Numbered from the stretch's first letter, positions 9,494-19,637 are shown. The stretch is 51,429 bases of DNA from Nitrososphaerales archaeon (GCA_030745655.1 JASLOE010000004.1:1-51429), one strand, 5' to 3'. The notes: generated from the sequence alone by a model not told the origin. Program-made: numbers and translations.

Positions 9494-10498
9494 ATGGTGT
9501 ATCTAACATATGTCGGAAGTTTTCCACTAAAAAATACGATTGAAAATATTACAAAAGCCACCAAGGATCTTCTTTCAATTCCAATAGATTATCCTAACTA
9601 TGTGCAGCTCGAAGATATGGTGCACCAATTCCTTCAACCAATATCAGTGAAATATACATCCGGAACTACCAATTATTGGGATACCGAAGAAGGAGAAAGA
9701 TACAGTCTATTTGAAAATCTGAAAACATTCAAGAATTCAATATCAAATGATGCTTTCAAGATACTTCTTAAGTTCAGTAAAAATAATGAGTTCAAGAAGG
9801 ACTTGAAAGGTATTAAAGCTTGTGTAACAGGACCCTTCACTCTTTCAAGTAGAATAATGCTTAACAATCGTAATCCAGGTCCATTTGGTGAAACTGCTTT
9901 ATCCAATCCTTCAGTGGTGAAAAAAATTACTGATGTAGTTTCCAAGATTGCGGGAGATTATTACAAGATGGGAGCTGACTATGTGACAATAGATGAACCG
10001 ATGCTTTCCGTTCTAGTGGGAAAGAATCTGTTGTTGAATCAATATCCTGATGTAGAAATTGTCGAAATTATCAATAAATGCTCTAGTGAAATGAAAAGTC
10101 TTAGTGGTATACATGTATGTGGAAGAATATCAAGGCGACTTGCAGAAATACTATTACAGTCTAATATTAGTGTTATAGACCATGAGTTCAAAGACACTGA
10201 ATCGAACTTCGGTGTCTACAGTAAATCAGATTTTGAGAGTCATGATAAAAAGCTAGGTTTTGCTGTAACATCATCAAAAATAATGAGGATTGAATCTGTG
10301 GCCGAAATTGAGTTAATGTTAACCAAAGGACTCAAAACTTTTGGAAAAGAAAATATTTTGATGGTTAAACCAGACTGCGGATTTAGGGGTTTGGATCCAA
10401 AAGGACATTTGGATGATACTGCTTATACTTCTTCAATATCAAAGCTGAAAAATATCCGGTTGGCAATTAATTCATTGCAACGAAAAAAAATTCTTTAG
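9494..10498 (+). CDS. Single-domain MetE-like methionine synthase (methylcobamide:homocysteine methyltransferase type)
   Basis: VGSFP, VTGPFTL, IDEP, Zn ligands HVC / E / KPDCG. Confidence 0.82.
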   Translation: MVYLTYVGSFPLKNTIENITKATKDLLSIPIDYPNYVQLEDMVHQFLQPISVKYTSGTTNYWDTEEGERYSLFENLKTFKNSISNDAFKILLKFSKNNEFKKDLKGIKACVTGPFTLSSRIMLNNRNPGPFGETALSNPSVVKKITDVVSKIAGDYYKMGADYVTIDEPMLSVLVGKNLLLNQYPDVEIVEIINKCSSEMKSLSGIHVCGRISRRLAEILLQSNISVIDHEFKDTESNFGVYSKSDFESHDKKLGFAVTSSKIMRIESVAEIELMLTKGLKTFGKENILMVKPDCGFRGLDPKGHLDDTAYTSSISKLKNIRLAINSLQRKKIL

Positions 10499-10576
10499 TT
10501 TACCCAACTTACATTCATTACTTTATTATTATTTACAACCAGTCTTATAGAATTTTGAACCTTTTTTTACATTGAG

Positions 10577-11617
10577 TTGCTATCGAATCCATCAGAAATT
10601 GTAATGCTAACTATGGTTGCAATAGCTGCTGTAATTGCTACAAGGATAATTAGAGATGTAACATCTTCTGCTCGAAAGAGAAGATATACGCGTCCAGTAA
10701 AGTATGTATTAATCCTCTCATTGAGTTTAGGTTTCGTTTTTTCATTTTTTGAGACCGCCGCTCTTCTAGCTGCTGAAATTATGGCTTTAGCTATATTGCT
10801 CCTATCATTATACTTCTATCTAGTAGGAGGTTGGTTGACTTCTCACCAAAATCTACGAAGTTTCTGGATTCCTAGTAAAACAATCAAGGATTGGTTCTTT
10901 TATTTATCTCTTTATAATGGTGTAATTGGTGTAGTTTCTGGTGTTCTTTCTGTTATTCTTCCATACTTTACTTCTTTTGAAGTTCCAGCAACTATTGGGA
11001 CTGTGTATTCCGGAGTATCAGTGCTTGCGGCTTTAATGGAGTTTACAATACTTTTGCCAGATAAGAGTACAATATGTGGGTTAGTTTATGCTTTCTGTTT
11101 CGTTACTCGAAGATTCAATAACAGCAAAGAATTTTATGTTGAAGATATTGATTTTGAAAAGATGATAACTAACACAATTCATTCAGAGGTTGATGTAAGA
11201 GAATCCTTGGAATCCCTTGTGAAACAAGGTTTTGCAGTAAAGCAGTCACCTACCCCGATGGGACGGGTCCGTTTTAAGATTAATGTGTATGGTGCAAAGT
11301 ATTTAGAGGTTTACTGGACAGAGACGCTGATCAGAATATCTAGACAAAAAGAAAGGATTGAGAAAGTCCTTACTTATGTTGAGCATAGGTCAAATAACGT
11401 AAATCCAAATGATACTAAAATAATCGTAAAAGCACTGGAAGAACTCTGTTTGCAGAAGAGTAAACTTAACCTTCTTCGCGAAGAATATGGACTTGCTGTT
11501 GGAGACTCCTGGTATCATAACGCAAAGAAAAGAATTGACTGGCTAGAATCTAGGTTCCAAGGTTTGAAGGGAGTTCATCCACAAGTAGAGGCTCAAAGTA
11601 ATTCAAGTGGAGTCTAG
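10577..11617 (+). CDS. Hypothetical multi-pass membrane protein with C-terminal winged-helix-like and helical domains
   Basis: About 5 hydrophobic segments, then VRESLESLVKQGFAV...RFKINVYGAKYL, which resembles a wHTH. Confidence 0.65.
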   Translation: MLSNPSEIVMLTMVAIAAVIATRIIRDVTSSARKRRYTRPVKYVLILSLSLGFVFSFFETAALLAAEIMALAILLLSLYFYLVGGWLTSHQNLRSFWIPSKTIKDWFFYLSLYNGVIGVVSGVLSVILPYFTSFEVPATIGTVYSGVSVLAALMEFTILLPDKSTICGLVYAFCFVTRRFNNSKEFYVEDIDFEKMITNTIHSEVDVRESLESLVKQGFAVKQSPTPMGRVRFKINVYGAKYLEVYWTETLIRISRQKERIEKVLTYVEHRSNNVNPNDTKIIVKALEELCLQKSKLNLLREEYGLAVGDSWYHNAKKRIDWLESRFQGLKGVHPQVEAQSNSSGV

Positions 11618-11870
11618 TACTCTAAAGTAATTATTAATGTGAAAAAGAAATAAGAATCCCTAAAGTATCTGATGAAATAAGTGAATTATTAGGTAATGTA
11701 GTTTTTTCATTGTATTCTTGATCTTCCTTTTCCCAACTTCTCATCAATAAATCAGATTCAGACAAAGTCAATTTAAAACTACGAAAATATTCTTTGCCAA
11801 CCTTTGTTTGGTCACTTGTCTATTCTTATTAGCTTTTGAATGTAATAAATCTTCAGTAGTTTGAAATGGT

Positions 11871-12515
11871 ATGACTGATTTTGTAAAACAGTGGGATAAA
11901 AAAGAACCGGCACGATTTTCCAAGCTTAAAGATAAGATGACACCATCTGATCCATTTAGGCCTAAAATTGCGATTGCTGAAAAAAAGATCAAGATTCAGA
12001 TGAATAAGATGGAAATTGCTTTGTCAAGAATATCTGATAGAGATGCCTTCATCTTTCGGAAGGTAGTCTTAGCACTTCAGCGACAGGATCGTCAGCGAGC
12101 TTCAATTTATGCAAATGAACTTTCAGAAGTTAGGCAATTAGGAATACTTGTAACTCAAGCTAAACTGGCTTTACACCAGGTAGTTTTGAGACTAAACACA
12201 GTTCGAGACCTCGGGGATGCAGTTACAGTCATTTCTCCGATTTTGTCTGTTGTAAAAAATGTTGGATCCAATCTTTCTTATATCGTTCCAGAGGCTCAAG
12301 GAGAGATTGGTGAAATAAGCAATCTTTTGAGTGATATCTTGGTAGATGCAGGAGGAATCAGTGGCAATACTCATATTAATACAACAACTACAAATGAAGA
12401 GGCAGATAAAATCCTAGCAGAAGCTTCTACATTGGCTGAAAAGCGGATGAATGAACTTTTTCCTGCTGTTTCCACTCATCAATTACAGCAAGAGAAAAAA
12501 CAGGTAGAAATTTAG
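11871..12515 (+). CDS. cdvB: ESCRT-III (Snf7) / CdvB-family paralog
   Basis: RASIYANELSEVR, ALHQVVLRLNTV..LGD, EEADKILAEA, MIM2-like LFPAV; no C-terminal wH domain, so a CdvB1/2/3-type paralog. Confidence 0.9.
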   Translation: MTDFVKQWDKKEPARFSKLKDKMTPSDPFRPKIAIAEKKIKIQMNKMEIALSRISDRDAFIFRKVVLALQRQDRQRASIYANELSEVRQLGILVTQAKLALHQVVLRLNTVRDLGDAVTVISPILSVVKNVGSNLSYIVPEAQGEIGEISNLLSDILVDAGGISGNTHINTTTTNEEADKILAEASTLAEKRMNELFPAVSTHQLQQEKKQVEI

Positions 12516-12714
12516 AGTCAATTAATCTAAAAATACATATTCAAAAATCACGTATATGCTGTAGTTAAACTACTTTCATCATCCTTTCTCTAAGGATTCA
12601 ATAGATATTATTTGATTTTGATCATAATCTGATCTTATCTCTTAGATAACTGAATAACAGGTTGATAAAAACTTGGCATTTTACTTGGATAAAGTTATTG
12701 ACCCTAATTTTATT

Positions 12715-14322
12715 CTAATGTTTGAATGCCCTTGATCCACTATAAACTATTGCTATCTTATAATTATCAGCTACATTGATTATAATATCGTCTCTAATAG
12801 ATCCACGTGGTTGAATAATTGCCTTTATACCGGATTCTGCCAGAAGGTCAACACTATCGGGGAAAGGGAAGAACCCATCAGAGGCTGCAATTGCACCCTT
12901 GGCTCGTTCACCTGCATTATCTAATGCTATTTTTGTGGCGCCATTTCTCTTTCTGAAACTACCAACTCCTAATGACCAGAAATGTGTTAAGAGTCCATCT
13001 TCGCACAACCCATCTGCAATTAGTATACCATTGGACTGAATTTTTCTAACAACTTCCCACGCAGCTAAGAGTTTTGCTGTTGTGTCCAAATCAGGCTTAA
13101 TCTTTGTAGGGTAGGAGAGGCTCTCTATATTCAGTTTTTCGTGATAGTTTACCGGAGTCTGAACCATTAATGTGCTTTGAATAAATTTTAGATCAAATGG
13201 GTAATTTGAAGTTTTATTCGCTTTTATTAATCTCATCTTTTTCTTCTGTTTTGCCTTTAGAATCTCTAAAGCGTCCTTATCATAATCTGGAGCGACAACG
13301 ATCTCTGTGTAGACAGAATTATCATCTACACCTGCATTTCTTCCAATGAGATGAGCACTATCAATATTAACCGGCTTATTAATGACAGTTATTCCTCCAT
13401 AATCAGCTTGAGGGTCACAGGCATGTGCTAACTTGTATGCTTCTGCGATAGTGGGCGCAAAAGCGAATCCACTAATATTTCCATGTTTCACTGTTACTAC
13501 AGCTTCAACATCATCAAACCCTTCAAGAATTTCAAATGCATGCCCAATATCTAGATGATTATTGAATGATCTATTATCTCCATACAGCTGTTCCCAATCA
13601 AGCATACCGTTGAATTGATCTATTTTATAAACAGCAGCTTTTTGATCCGGGTTTTCTCCATATTTTGTATCTTCAAACTTGGTTGATGAAATAAAAAACT
13701 TATCAGAATATCCTGGTTTCTTACTAAATCTTTGAATACCATTGTATATAGCTATATCGTAAGCTGAAACCATACCAAAGGCTGCTTCGGCAAGTCGGAA
13801 TCTAGTCTCTGTTGATAGTTTTCCTTTATTTTGTGACATGACATCTAATATGAAACTATATTGTTCAGGATTGGTAATTACTGCTACCGATTCATGATTC
13901 TTAGCAGCTGCCCTGACCATTGAAGGTCCACCTATGTCAATATTCTCGATTACTTCTTCATAGTTAGCGTTATTCTTGGAAATAACCTCCTCAAACGGAT
14001 AGAAGTTGCAAACTACCATATCGATGGGCTCTATATTAAATCGGTTGAGTTGCTGCATATGGTCTTCTCCTCGTTTTGCAAGTAAACCTGCGAATATTTC
14101 TGGTTGAAGAGTTTTCACTCTTCCATCTAACATTTCCGGAAACTTTGCCACTTCTTCAAGTTTTTTAACTGATATGCCTGTATCTTCTATTGCTTTCCTT
14201 GTACCACCTGTTGCAATAATCTTAACATTATACTGTTGTAATTGTGAAACAAAATCTACTAAACCTTGTTTAGAGTAAACGCTTATGAGTGCAGTCGAAA
14301 TTTTCTTGAACCCTTTGTTCAA
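12715..14322 (-). CDS. purH: Bifunctional IMP cyclohydrolase / AICAR transformylase
   Basis: ALISV, PEMLDGRVKTL, ENIDIGGP, KYGENP, VKH, ASDGFFPFPD, C-terminal FKH. Confidence 0.9.
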   Translation of the reverse strand: MNKGFKKISTALISVYSKQGLVDFVSQLQQYNVKIIATGGTRKAIEDTGISVKKLEEVAKFPEMLDGRVKTLQPEIFAGLLAKRGEDHMQQLNRFNIEPIDMVVCNFYPFEEVISKNNANYEEVIENIDIGGPSMVRAAAKNHESVAVITNPEQYSFILDVMSQNKGKLSTETRFRLAEAAFGMVSAYDIAIYNGIQRFSKKPGYSDKFFISSTKFEDTKYGENPDQKAAVYKIDQFNGMLDWEQLYGDNRSFNNHLDIGHAFEILEGFDDVEAVVTVKHGNISGFAFAPTIAEAYKLAHACDPQADYGGITVINKPVNIDSAHLIGRNAGVDDNSVYTEIVVAPDYDKDALEILKAKQKKKMRLIKANKTSNYPFDLKFIQSTLMVQTPVNYHEKLNIESLSYPTKIKPDLDTTAKLLAAWEVVRKIQSNGILIADGLCEDGLLTHFWSLGVGSFRKRNGATKIALDNAGERAKGAIAASDGFFPFPDSVDLLAESGIKAIIQPRGSIRDDIIINVADNYKIAIVYSGSRAFKH

Positions 14323-14386
14323 ATTTTTCAGTCGTTTTCACTCTCATTTGATTGTATTTAACAGATTTGTTCTCTAATGAATTGAC

Positions 14387-16066
14387 CTATCTTTCTAATG
14401 TATTATGGATATTCTCTACTTTTTCCATTAATCTGTCTTTGGCCTTATCAAATCTTTTTTGATGCATTTTTCTTAATTTATCAAATGTATCTTTCCGAAT
14501 CTTCCCAGCATGATATTGCTCATAGAGTTTAATAATATCTGACACAGCACGATTATAATCTTTATCAAACTTTGAAAGTTCTTCCAAGTTATTCTTTATA
14601 TGTGGTTCCAAGCTGTTTATTTTTACTCGGACCTCACCCATTTTACCCGCACTTTTTCCTTTCATGGATTCAAAATATCTTTTTGTCTCAGCAAAATTTC
14701 CTCTAGATATACCACCTCTCTTTTTGCTTCTGTAAGATTGAATGATGTTTTCGATAGATCCAGTTTTTTCCTCAAATAAGATTACAAGTTCTTCAATTCT
14801 TGGAATCTGCTTCTTTGAACCATCAGATTTTCGGAACTGAATTTTGGTGGAAACAAGAGCGACAAGACTGATGATAAAAAAGAAAGTAGCAACTGGTAAA
14901 ATGTTGCTTGACGCCCAAGCTATTTTCAAACCTATACTAAAATTATACATTTCTTTCGAATATGGTGTAGCACCCAAAATAGTGTAAGATTCCCCTCCCG
15001 AAATATCAACACCTGGCATAGGCTTCACCTTAATTGTAAAACGTTCAACGATTCCCTCAATAGGTGGTTTTGCAGGCAAGTCAAAAAATATTTTCCCATC
15101 CAATGATTCAGAATACCCTGAAGAAATAGGATACTCTATTACAAATAACATCTCTTCATCTTGACTCAACGATGCACGATAGATTTCTTGAAGATTAAAT
15201 ATTTCATTATTAAGATCTACTGTAAATCTGTTGATAAGAGGAGGATTTCCAACTGGAATAACATCTATACTAGCTCCGTTATTATCAAGTCGAAGAAGCC
15301 TTATGATGTTTGTTTTTATCTCACCTCTATTAACCACTCGTATCTCATCCCGTACTAAAACAGATCCATCTGGTGACGGGATAAAAGTCCTGTCTACAGT
15401 TGGAAATTCTAATATCCCAAAATTATTAGAGAATTCCTGACTATATTCAATAATTTGAGTATTCGTATCGTTACTTCTGATGTTTTTAAAAGAACCTGCA
15501 ATCATTACAGAAACATCATCCACTAGAAAGAATCCTCTAGGCATATGGATTATTGTGCTTCCAGGAGGAAGATATACATTAGTCTTAATCTCATCTATAT
15601 TTCTATTCATGGATGGAACGAGTGGCAACTTAACCGAATAATTAATTCTGTCAGTAACATTTACTTGATTTGAAACAAAGAATTGAAGACCTATTGTAAT
15701 ATTATCACCACTATTAACTCTATAATCTTCAATTGGGCTAATTGTAATTATAGTATCATTATCGATGCTACTCTTCTTAATGCTAAAATCTATTGGTCCT
15801 TGAGTGGTTATTGATGAAATTGAATCAATCGAAATAGAAGCATATGTAATATCAAACTGTTGTAACGTTACGACAGAAGATTCAGTATTAACAAAATCTA
15901 CTAGCTCTTCTACCGAAAGAAAACCATTTTCTGTTACACTAACAGAATGATGCAATGTATACTTTCCCTGAGAACTATCTTGTGAATAAATTGGAATCGA
16001 GAGATTTAGCAACAATATAGCTAAGGTTATTCCCACAATACTTTTCTTGACAATGGTTCTATTCAT
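14387..16066 (-). CDS. Ribophorin-I-like type I membrane glycoprotein
   Basis: Signal peptide, two repeated beta modules (SVSVTENGFLSVEELVDFVN; RTFIPSPDGSVLVRDEIRVVNRG), one TM helix, cytosolic helical tail. Confidence 0.6.
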   Translation of the reverse strand: MNRTIVKKSIVGITLAILLLNLSIPIYSQDSSQGKYTLHHSVSVTENGFLSVEELVDFVNTESSVVTLQQFDITYASISIDSISSITTQGPIDFSIKKSSIDNDTIITISPIEDYRVNSGDNITIGLQFFVSNQVNVTDRINYSVKLPLVPSMNRNIDEIKTNVYLPPGSTIIHMPRGFFLVDDVSVMIAGSFKNIRSNDTNTQIIEYSQEFSNNFGILEFPTVDRTFIPSPDGSVLVRDEIRVVNRGEIKTNIIRLLRLDNNGASIDVIPVGNPPLINRFTVDLNNEIFNLQEIYRASLSQDEEMLFVIEYPISSGYSESLDGKIFFDLPAKPPIEGIVERFTIKVKPMPGVDISGGESYTILGATPYSKEMYNFSIGLKIAWASSNILPVATFFFIISLVALVSTKIQFRKSDGSKKQIPRIEELVILFEEKTGSIENIIQSYRSKKRGGISRGNFAETKRYFESMKGKSAGKMGEVRVKINSLEPHIKNNLEELSKFDKDYNRAVSDIIKLYEQYHAGKIRKDTFDKLRKMHQKRFDKAKDRLMEKVENIHNTLER

Positions 16067-16392
16067 TGAAATCTCCGCAGAAGCATCTAATGGTCTGCTT
16101 ATAATCTGTTTCCACTATTAATAGAACATAATCCATAACATAATTACGTATCAAACAATATTTACGCTGTAGTCTACAAGGCACAACTTATCTAGTCAGA
16201 ACTCAATTTTCTGAATCAGATTGGAACACGGATAATACATTAGAACATAGGGAACAGCTAGAATATTCTAGGAGCTAATTATATTATCAATTTTATTGAT
16301 GCATTTTTTCTGATAATGCTAACAGTTTTAATAACAGATTATTATGGAATTAGTTGATTCTTAATGTTCAAAATATGGAGAAATATTATGCA

Positions 16393-16677
16393 ATGAAAGT
16401 TAATGTAAAATACTTTGCGATGATTCGGGATATAGTTGGTCATAAAGATGATGTTTTAGATTTTTTTGAAGAAACATCAACAAAAAGATTGTTGTCTATG
16501 TTATGTGATATGCATGGAAAAGATTTCAAAAGAGTTGTTTGCTCAGACGATGAATCTTTAAGAAAAGGGTTAATTTTCTTACTGAATGGTGAGGCTATAA
16601 GTAATGATGACTTGGCATCAAAAATACTTATGGATGGTGATGTAGTTGCAATCATGCCTCCTGTGGGAGGGGGTTGA
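16393..16677 (+). CDS. MoaD/ThiS/SAMP ubiquitin-like protein
   Basis: MKVNVKYFA, LNGE, DGDVVAIMPPVGGG C-terminus. Confidence 0.92.
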   Translation: MKVNVKYFAMIRDIVGHKDDVLDFFEETSTKRLLSMLCDMHGKDFKRVVCSDDESLRKGLIFLLNGEAISNDDLASKILMDGDVVAIMPPVGGG

Positions 16678-16689
16678 AAGTCAATACAC

Positions 16690-17967
16690 ATGAGTAACCA
16701 GAAATACTATTTGGAGACATTCGGGTGTAGTGCAAGTATAGCAGATGGAGAAATGATATCTGGGCTGCTTAATAAAAACTCCTTTAGACCTGTAGGTGAA
16801 CCCAGAAAAGCTGATGTAAACATAGTTGTTACATGTACTGTGAAGAGTGTTACATCACATAAAATGATGCATAGAATTAAGATCTTATCCTCCTTGAACA
16901 TTCCATTAGTTGTAGCTGGTTGCATGCCAAAAACTGAGAGAAGTTTGATAGAGAATTTAAATCCGAAAGCTAGCCTTCTAGGACCTGAAGATCTTATTAG
17001 GACAGTTGAAACCGTTGAAACTACAATAAAAGGTGAACGAAGCATTCATCTTGAAGGATCTACTCTACCAAAGCTTCTTCTTCCAAGGATGAGACGTAAC
17101 AAAATTATAGGAATTGTTGAGATCTCTTCAGGTTGTCTCGGTGATTGTACTTTTTGTCAAGTAAAGATAGCAAAAGGAGAATTAACAAGCTACAACCCAA
17201 TATCAATAAAGAGTGAAGTGAAAGATGCTCTTAAAGATGGATGCAAAGAGATATGGTTGACTTCGCAAGATAACGGTTGTTATGGAAAAGATATTGGAAC
17301 TAATTTATCTTCCTTAGCAGATTCTATCCTCGACTTAAAAGGGGATTTCAAGATAAGATTTGGTATGATGAATCCGGAGCATGTTCAAAAGATGATTGAT
17401 AAACTGATATCTGTTATGGGAAATGAAAAGATATTCAAATTTCTTCATATGCCCGTTCAAAGTGGAAGTAATCAAGTATTAAAGGCGATGAGAAGATTTT
17501 ATTCAATCGAGAATTTCATTAATTTAGCCAAGAGATTTAGATATGAGTTCCCTCTTTCAACATTATCAACAGATATAATTGTAGGTTATCCAACAGAAGC
17601 AGAAGTAGATTTTCAGAAGACTATCCGTTTGATTAAAGAAGTGAAACCTGATATTGTAAATATATCAAAGTATGGGTCTAGACCTGGGACACAATCTGAA
17701 AGGATGATACAATTGGATCCACAAATTATGAAAACTAGAAGTAAGAAGCTGCATATGATTGTTAGGGATATTGCACTCCAGAATAATAGTCGATGGATAG
17801 GGTGGTGTGGTAAAGTTCTAATTGATGAAGAAGTGCGAGGGGCGATTGTAGGACGAAATTTTGCTTATAAACCAATAATAATAAAGAAACAAATTCCTAC
17901 CGGTAGTGTATTAAATATAAAAGTGGTTAACGCTACCTATGCTTGCCTAGTAGGTGAACCTACTTGA
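16690..17967 (+). CDS. mtaB: tRNA t6A37 methylthiotransferase (archaeal MtaB/CDKAL1-like, radical SAM + TRAM)
   Basis: TFGC, TCTVK, VAGC, GCLGDCTFC, GMMNP, HMPVQSGS. Confidence 0.9.
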   Translation: MSNQKYYLETFGCSASIADGEMISGLLNKNSFRPVGEPRKADVNIVVTCTVKSVTSHKMMHRIKILSSLNIPLVVAGCMPKTERSLIENLNPKASLLGPEDLIRTVETVETTIKGERSIHLEGSTLPKLLLPRMRRNKIIGIVEISSGCLGDCTFCQVKIAKGELTSYNPISIKSEVKDALKDGCKEIWLTSQDNGCYGKDIGTNLSSLADSILDLKGDFKIRFGMMNPEHVQKMIDKLISVMGNEKIFKFLHMPVQSGSNQVLKAMRRFYSIENFINLAKRFRYEFPLSTLSTDIIVGYPTEAEVDFQKTIRLIKEVKPDIVNISKYGSRPGTQSERMIQLDPQIMKTRSKKLHMIVRDIALQNNSRWIGWCGKVLIDEEVRGAIVGRNFAYKPIIIKKQIPTGSVLNIKVVNATYACLVGEPT

Positions 17968-18069
17968 TATTCTTCACCAGTATTGTTGTCAATTTTTTAT
18001 TAACAACAAGTATACTTTTTATGTTCTAAGTATGTTAAAAATAAATCTTGTAGTAATATTTCTTACATC

Positions 18070-19125
18070 TTGAGTTGCAACTGTTCAGAGGATATAATGC
18101 AGTTTCTGCCACCTCCAAATGCGGATAAAGTTTTGGCCTTAGGCTTTGGTACAGCAGGATGCAGAATACTTTCTCACCTTGAAAGAACCAATTTGGGAAT
18201 TGACAATCACGTGTATATGAGTTGTGAAAAGAAAGATCTGGATTATGCTTCAATAAGTAAAAAGGTCTTTATGGATATTGGTTTTACTGGGAATAGAACA
18301 CCAAGTCATGTAAGAGGTATGGCACAAAGGTATATGAGGGAAATACGAGAAATTCTCTGTGATGCAAAACTGGTTTTTCTTATATCTGGTTTAGGTGGGT
18401 GTACAGGTTCTGGATTGGCCCCTCTAATTTCTAAGATGGCTAAAGAAGAAGGAATCTTCACTATCAGTGTAGTTATCACCCCATTTGGTTTTGAGAAAAG
18501 TAAGCATTTTCGTGCTGGAGTTGCATTAAGGAAAGTTAAGGAGAACTCTGACGCTGTTATAATAGCAGATAACGATACGATATCCTCAGATAAGTCACAA
18601 ATGGCAATACCTGAATTCTATTCAATTATCAATAAAAGAATTTCAATCGCGCTTTCAGGAATAGTTGAGTCATCTGGAGAATTGAATGTAGGAATGAACC
18701 GACTTTTAGATACCATAACTAACCGTGGGTATTCAGTATTAAGCATTGGTACATCTTCATCAATAAATAAAGCAGAAGAAGCAACAGTTAAGGCTGTAGA
18801 ATCGGTCTATAGTGTTGCGGAACCAGATGATGCAAATAGTGCAATTCTTCACCTAATAGGTGATAAGAAAGTTACTGCAAATGAATTGGAGACATCTACC
18901 AGTAGACTTAACACAATGCTTGGAAAAGGTTCACTTGAAGTCTATCAAGGATTTAATACAAATGGTGGAGACACTATGACAGCAGTACTTCTAACTTCTG
19001 GATTTAAAAGCACTAAATTTGATAACTATGATCCACTTGAAAAAATACTTTCAAATAATCAGATGGATTCAGATATGGATTGTGGAATAAACACTGAATT
19101 ATCTTCACTTGTTCAGATTGAATAA
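18070..19125 (+). CDS. ftsZ: Divergent FtsZ/tubulin-family protein
   Basis: GLGGCTGSG signature variant, VITPFGFE, IIADND; start may be ATG at 18097. Confidence 0.85.
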   Translation: MSCNCSEDIMQFLPPPNADKVLALGFGTAGCRILSHLERTNLGIDNHVYMSCEKKDLDYASISKKVFMDIGFTGNRTPSHVRGMAQRYMREIREILCDAKLVFLISGLGGCTGSGLAPLISKMAKEEGIFTISVVITPFGFEKSKHFRAGVALRKVKENSDAVIIADNDTISSDKSQMAIPEFYSIINKRISIALSGIVESSGELNVGMNRLLDTITNRGYSVLSIGTSSSINKAEEATVKAVESVYSVAEPDDANSAILHLIGDKKVTANELETSTSRLNTMLGKGSLEVYQGFNTNGGDTMTAVLLTSGFKSTKFDNYDPLEKILSNNQMDSDMDCGINTELSSLVQIE

Positions 19126-19173
19126 GTGATTACTGCTATTTACTGAAATACTGGTTAAAAGATCTATCTGAGC

Positions 19174-19467
19174 TTATTCATTAGTAGGGGGTTTATCTTC
19201 AATTGCTGGTGAGACTATTACTAATCCAGTTTCATCTCTTTCCATCTTCACAATTACTCTCTTAGGTGGATTTCTTATTCCTTTTTCCCACAAAATCAAA
19301 TTCAAATCTGGTGATATATGTATTTCACTACTTTTCATATGTTTGGCTGCAAACTCTTTTATCAATGTAACAGCCCTTTTAGCTCTTTTATGTCTTGGAG
19401 ATATCATCATCCGGCTTAAAGGAATTGTATATGTTCGAATTAGTTTTTCAACCTTCTCTTCTGACAT
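19174..19467 (-). CDS. rpl31e: 50S ribosomal protein L31e
   Basis: RTYTIPL, KRAKRA, WEKGIRNPP. Confidence 0.96.
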   Translation of the reverse strand: MSEEKVEKLIRTYTIPLSRMMISPRHKRAKRAVTLIKEFAAKHMKSSEIHISPDLNLILWEKGIRNPPKRVIVKMERDETGLVIVSPAIEDKPPTNE

Positions 19468-19475
19468 TCATGTTT

Positions 19476-19634
19476 CTACCTTACCTTCAACTTGGTTCTT
19501 CTCCACGATCTCTGCTTAACGGACCTTCTTACCTTTCTATTTGTTCTGACAACTACCCAGGTAGGAACAGAGAAACTCCTTCTAACTTTTTTATATAGAC
19601 GTTTTTTTATGCCTGAAGTCTTATTTCTACCCAT
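19476..19634 (-). CDS. rpl39e: 50S ribosomal protein L39e (absent from ORF track)
   Basis: Hand translation MGRNKTSGIKKRLYKKVRRSFSVPTWVVVRTNRKVRRSVKQRSWRRTKLKVR; canonical position between PDCD5 and L31e. Confidence 0.95.
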   Translation of the reverse strand: MGRNKTSGIKKRLYKKVRRSFSVPTWVVVRTNRKVRRSVKQRSWRRTKLKVR

Positions 19635-19637
19635 TAT

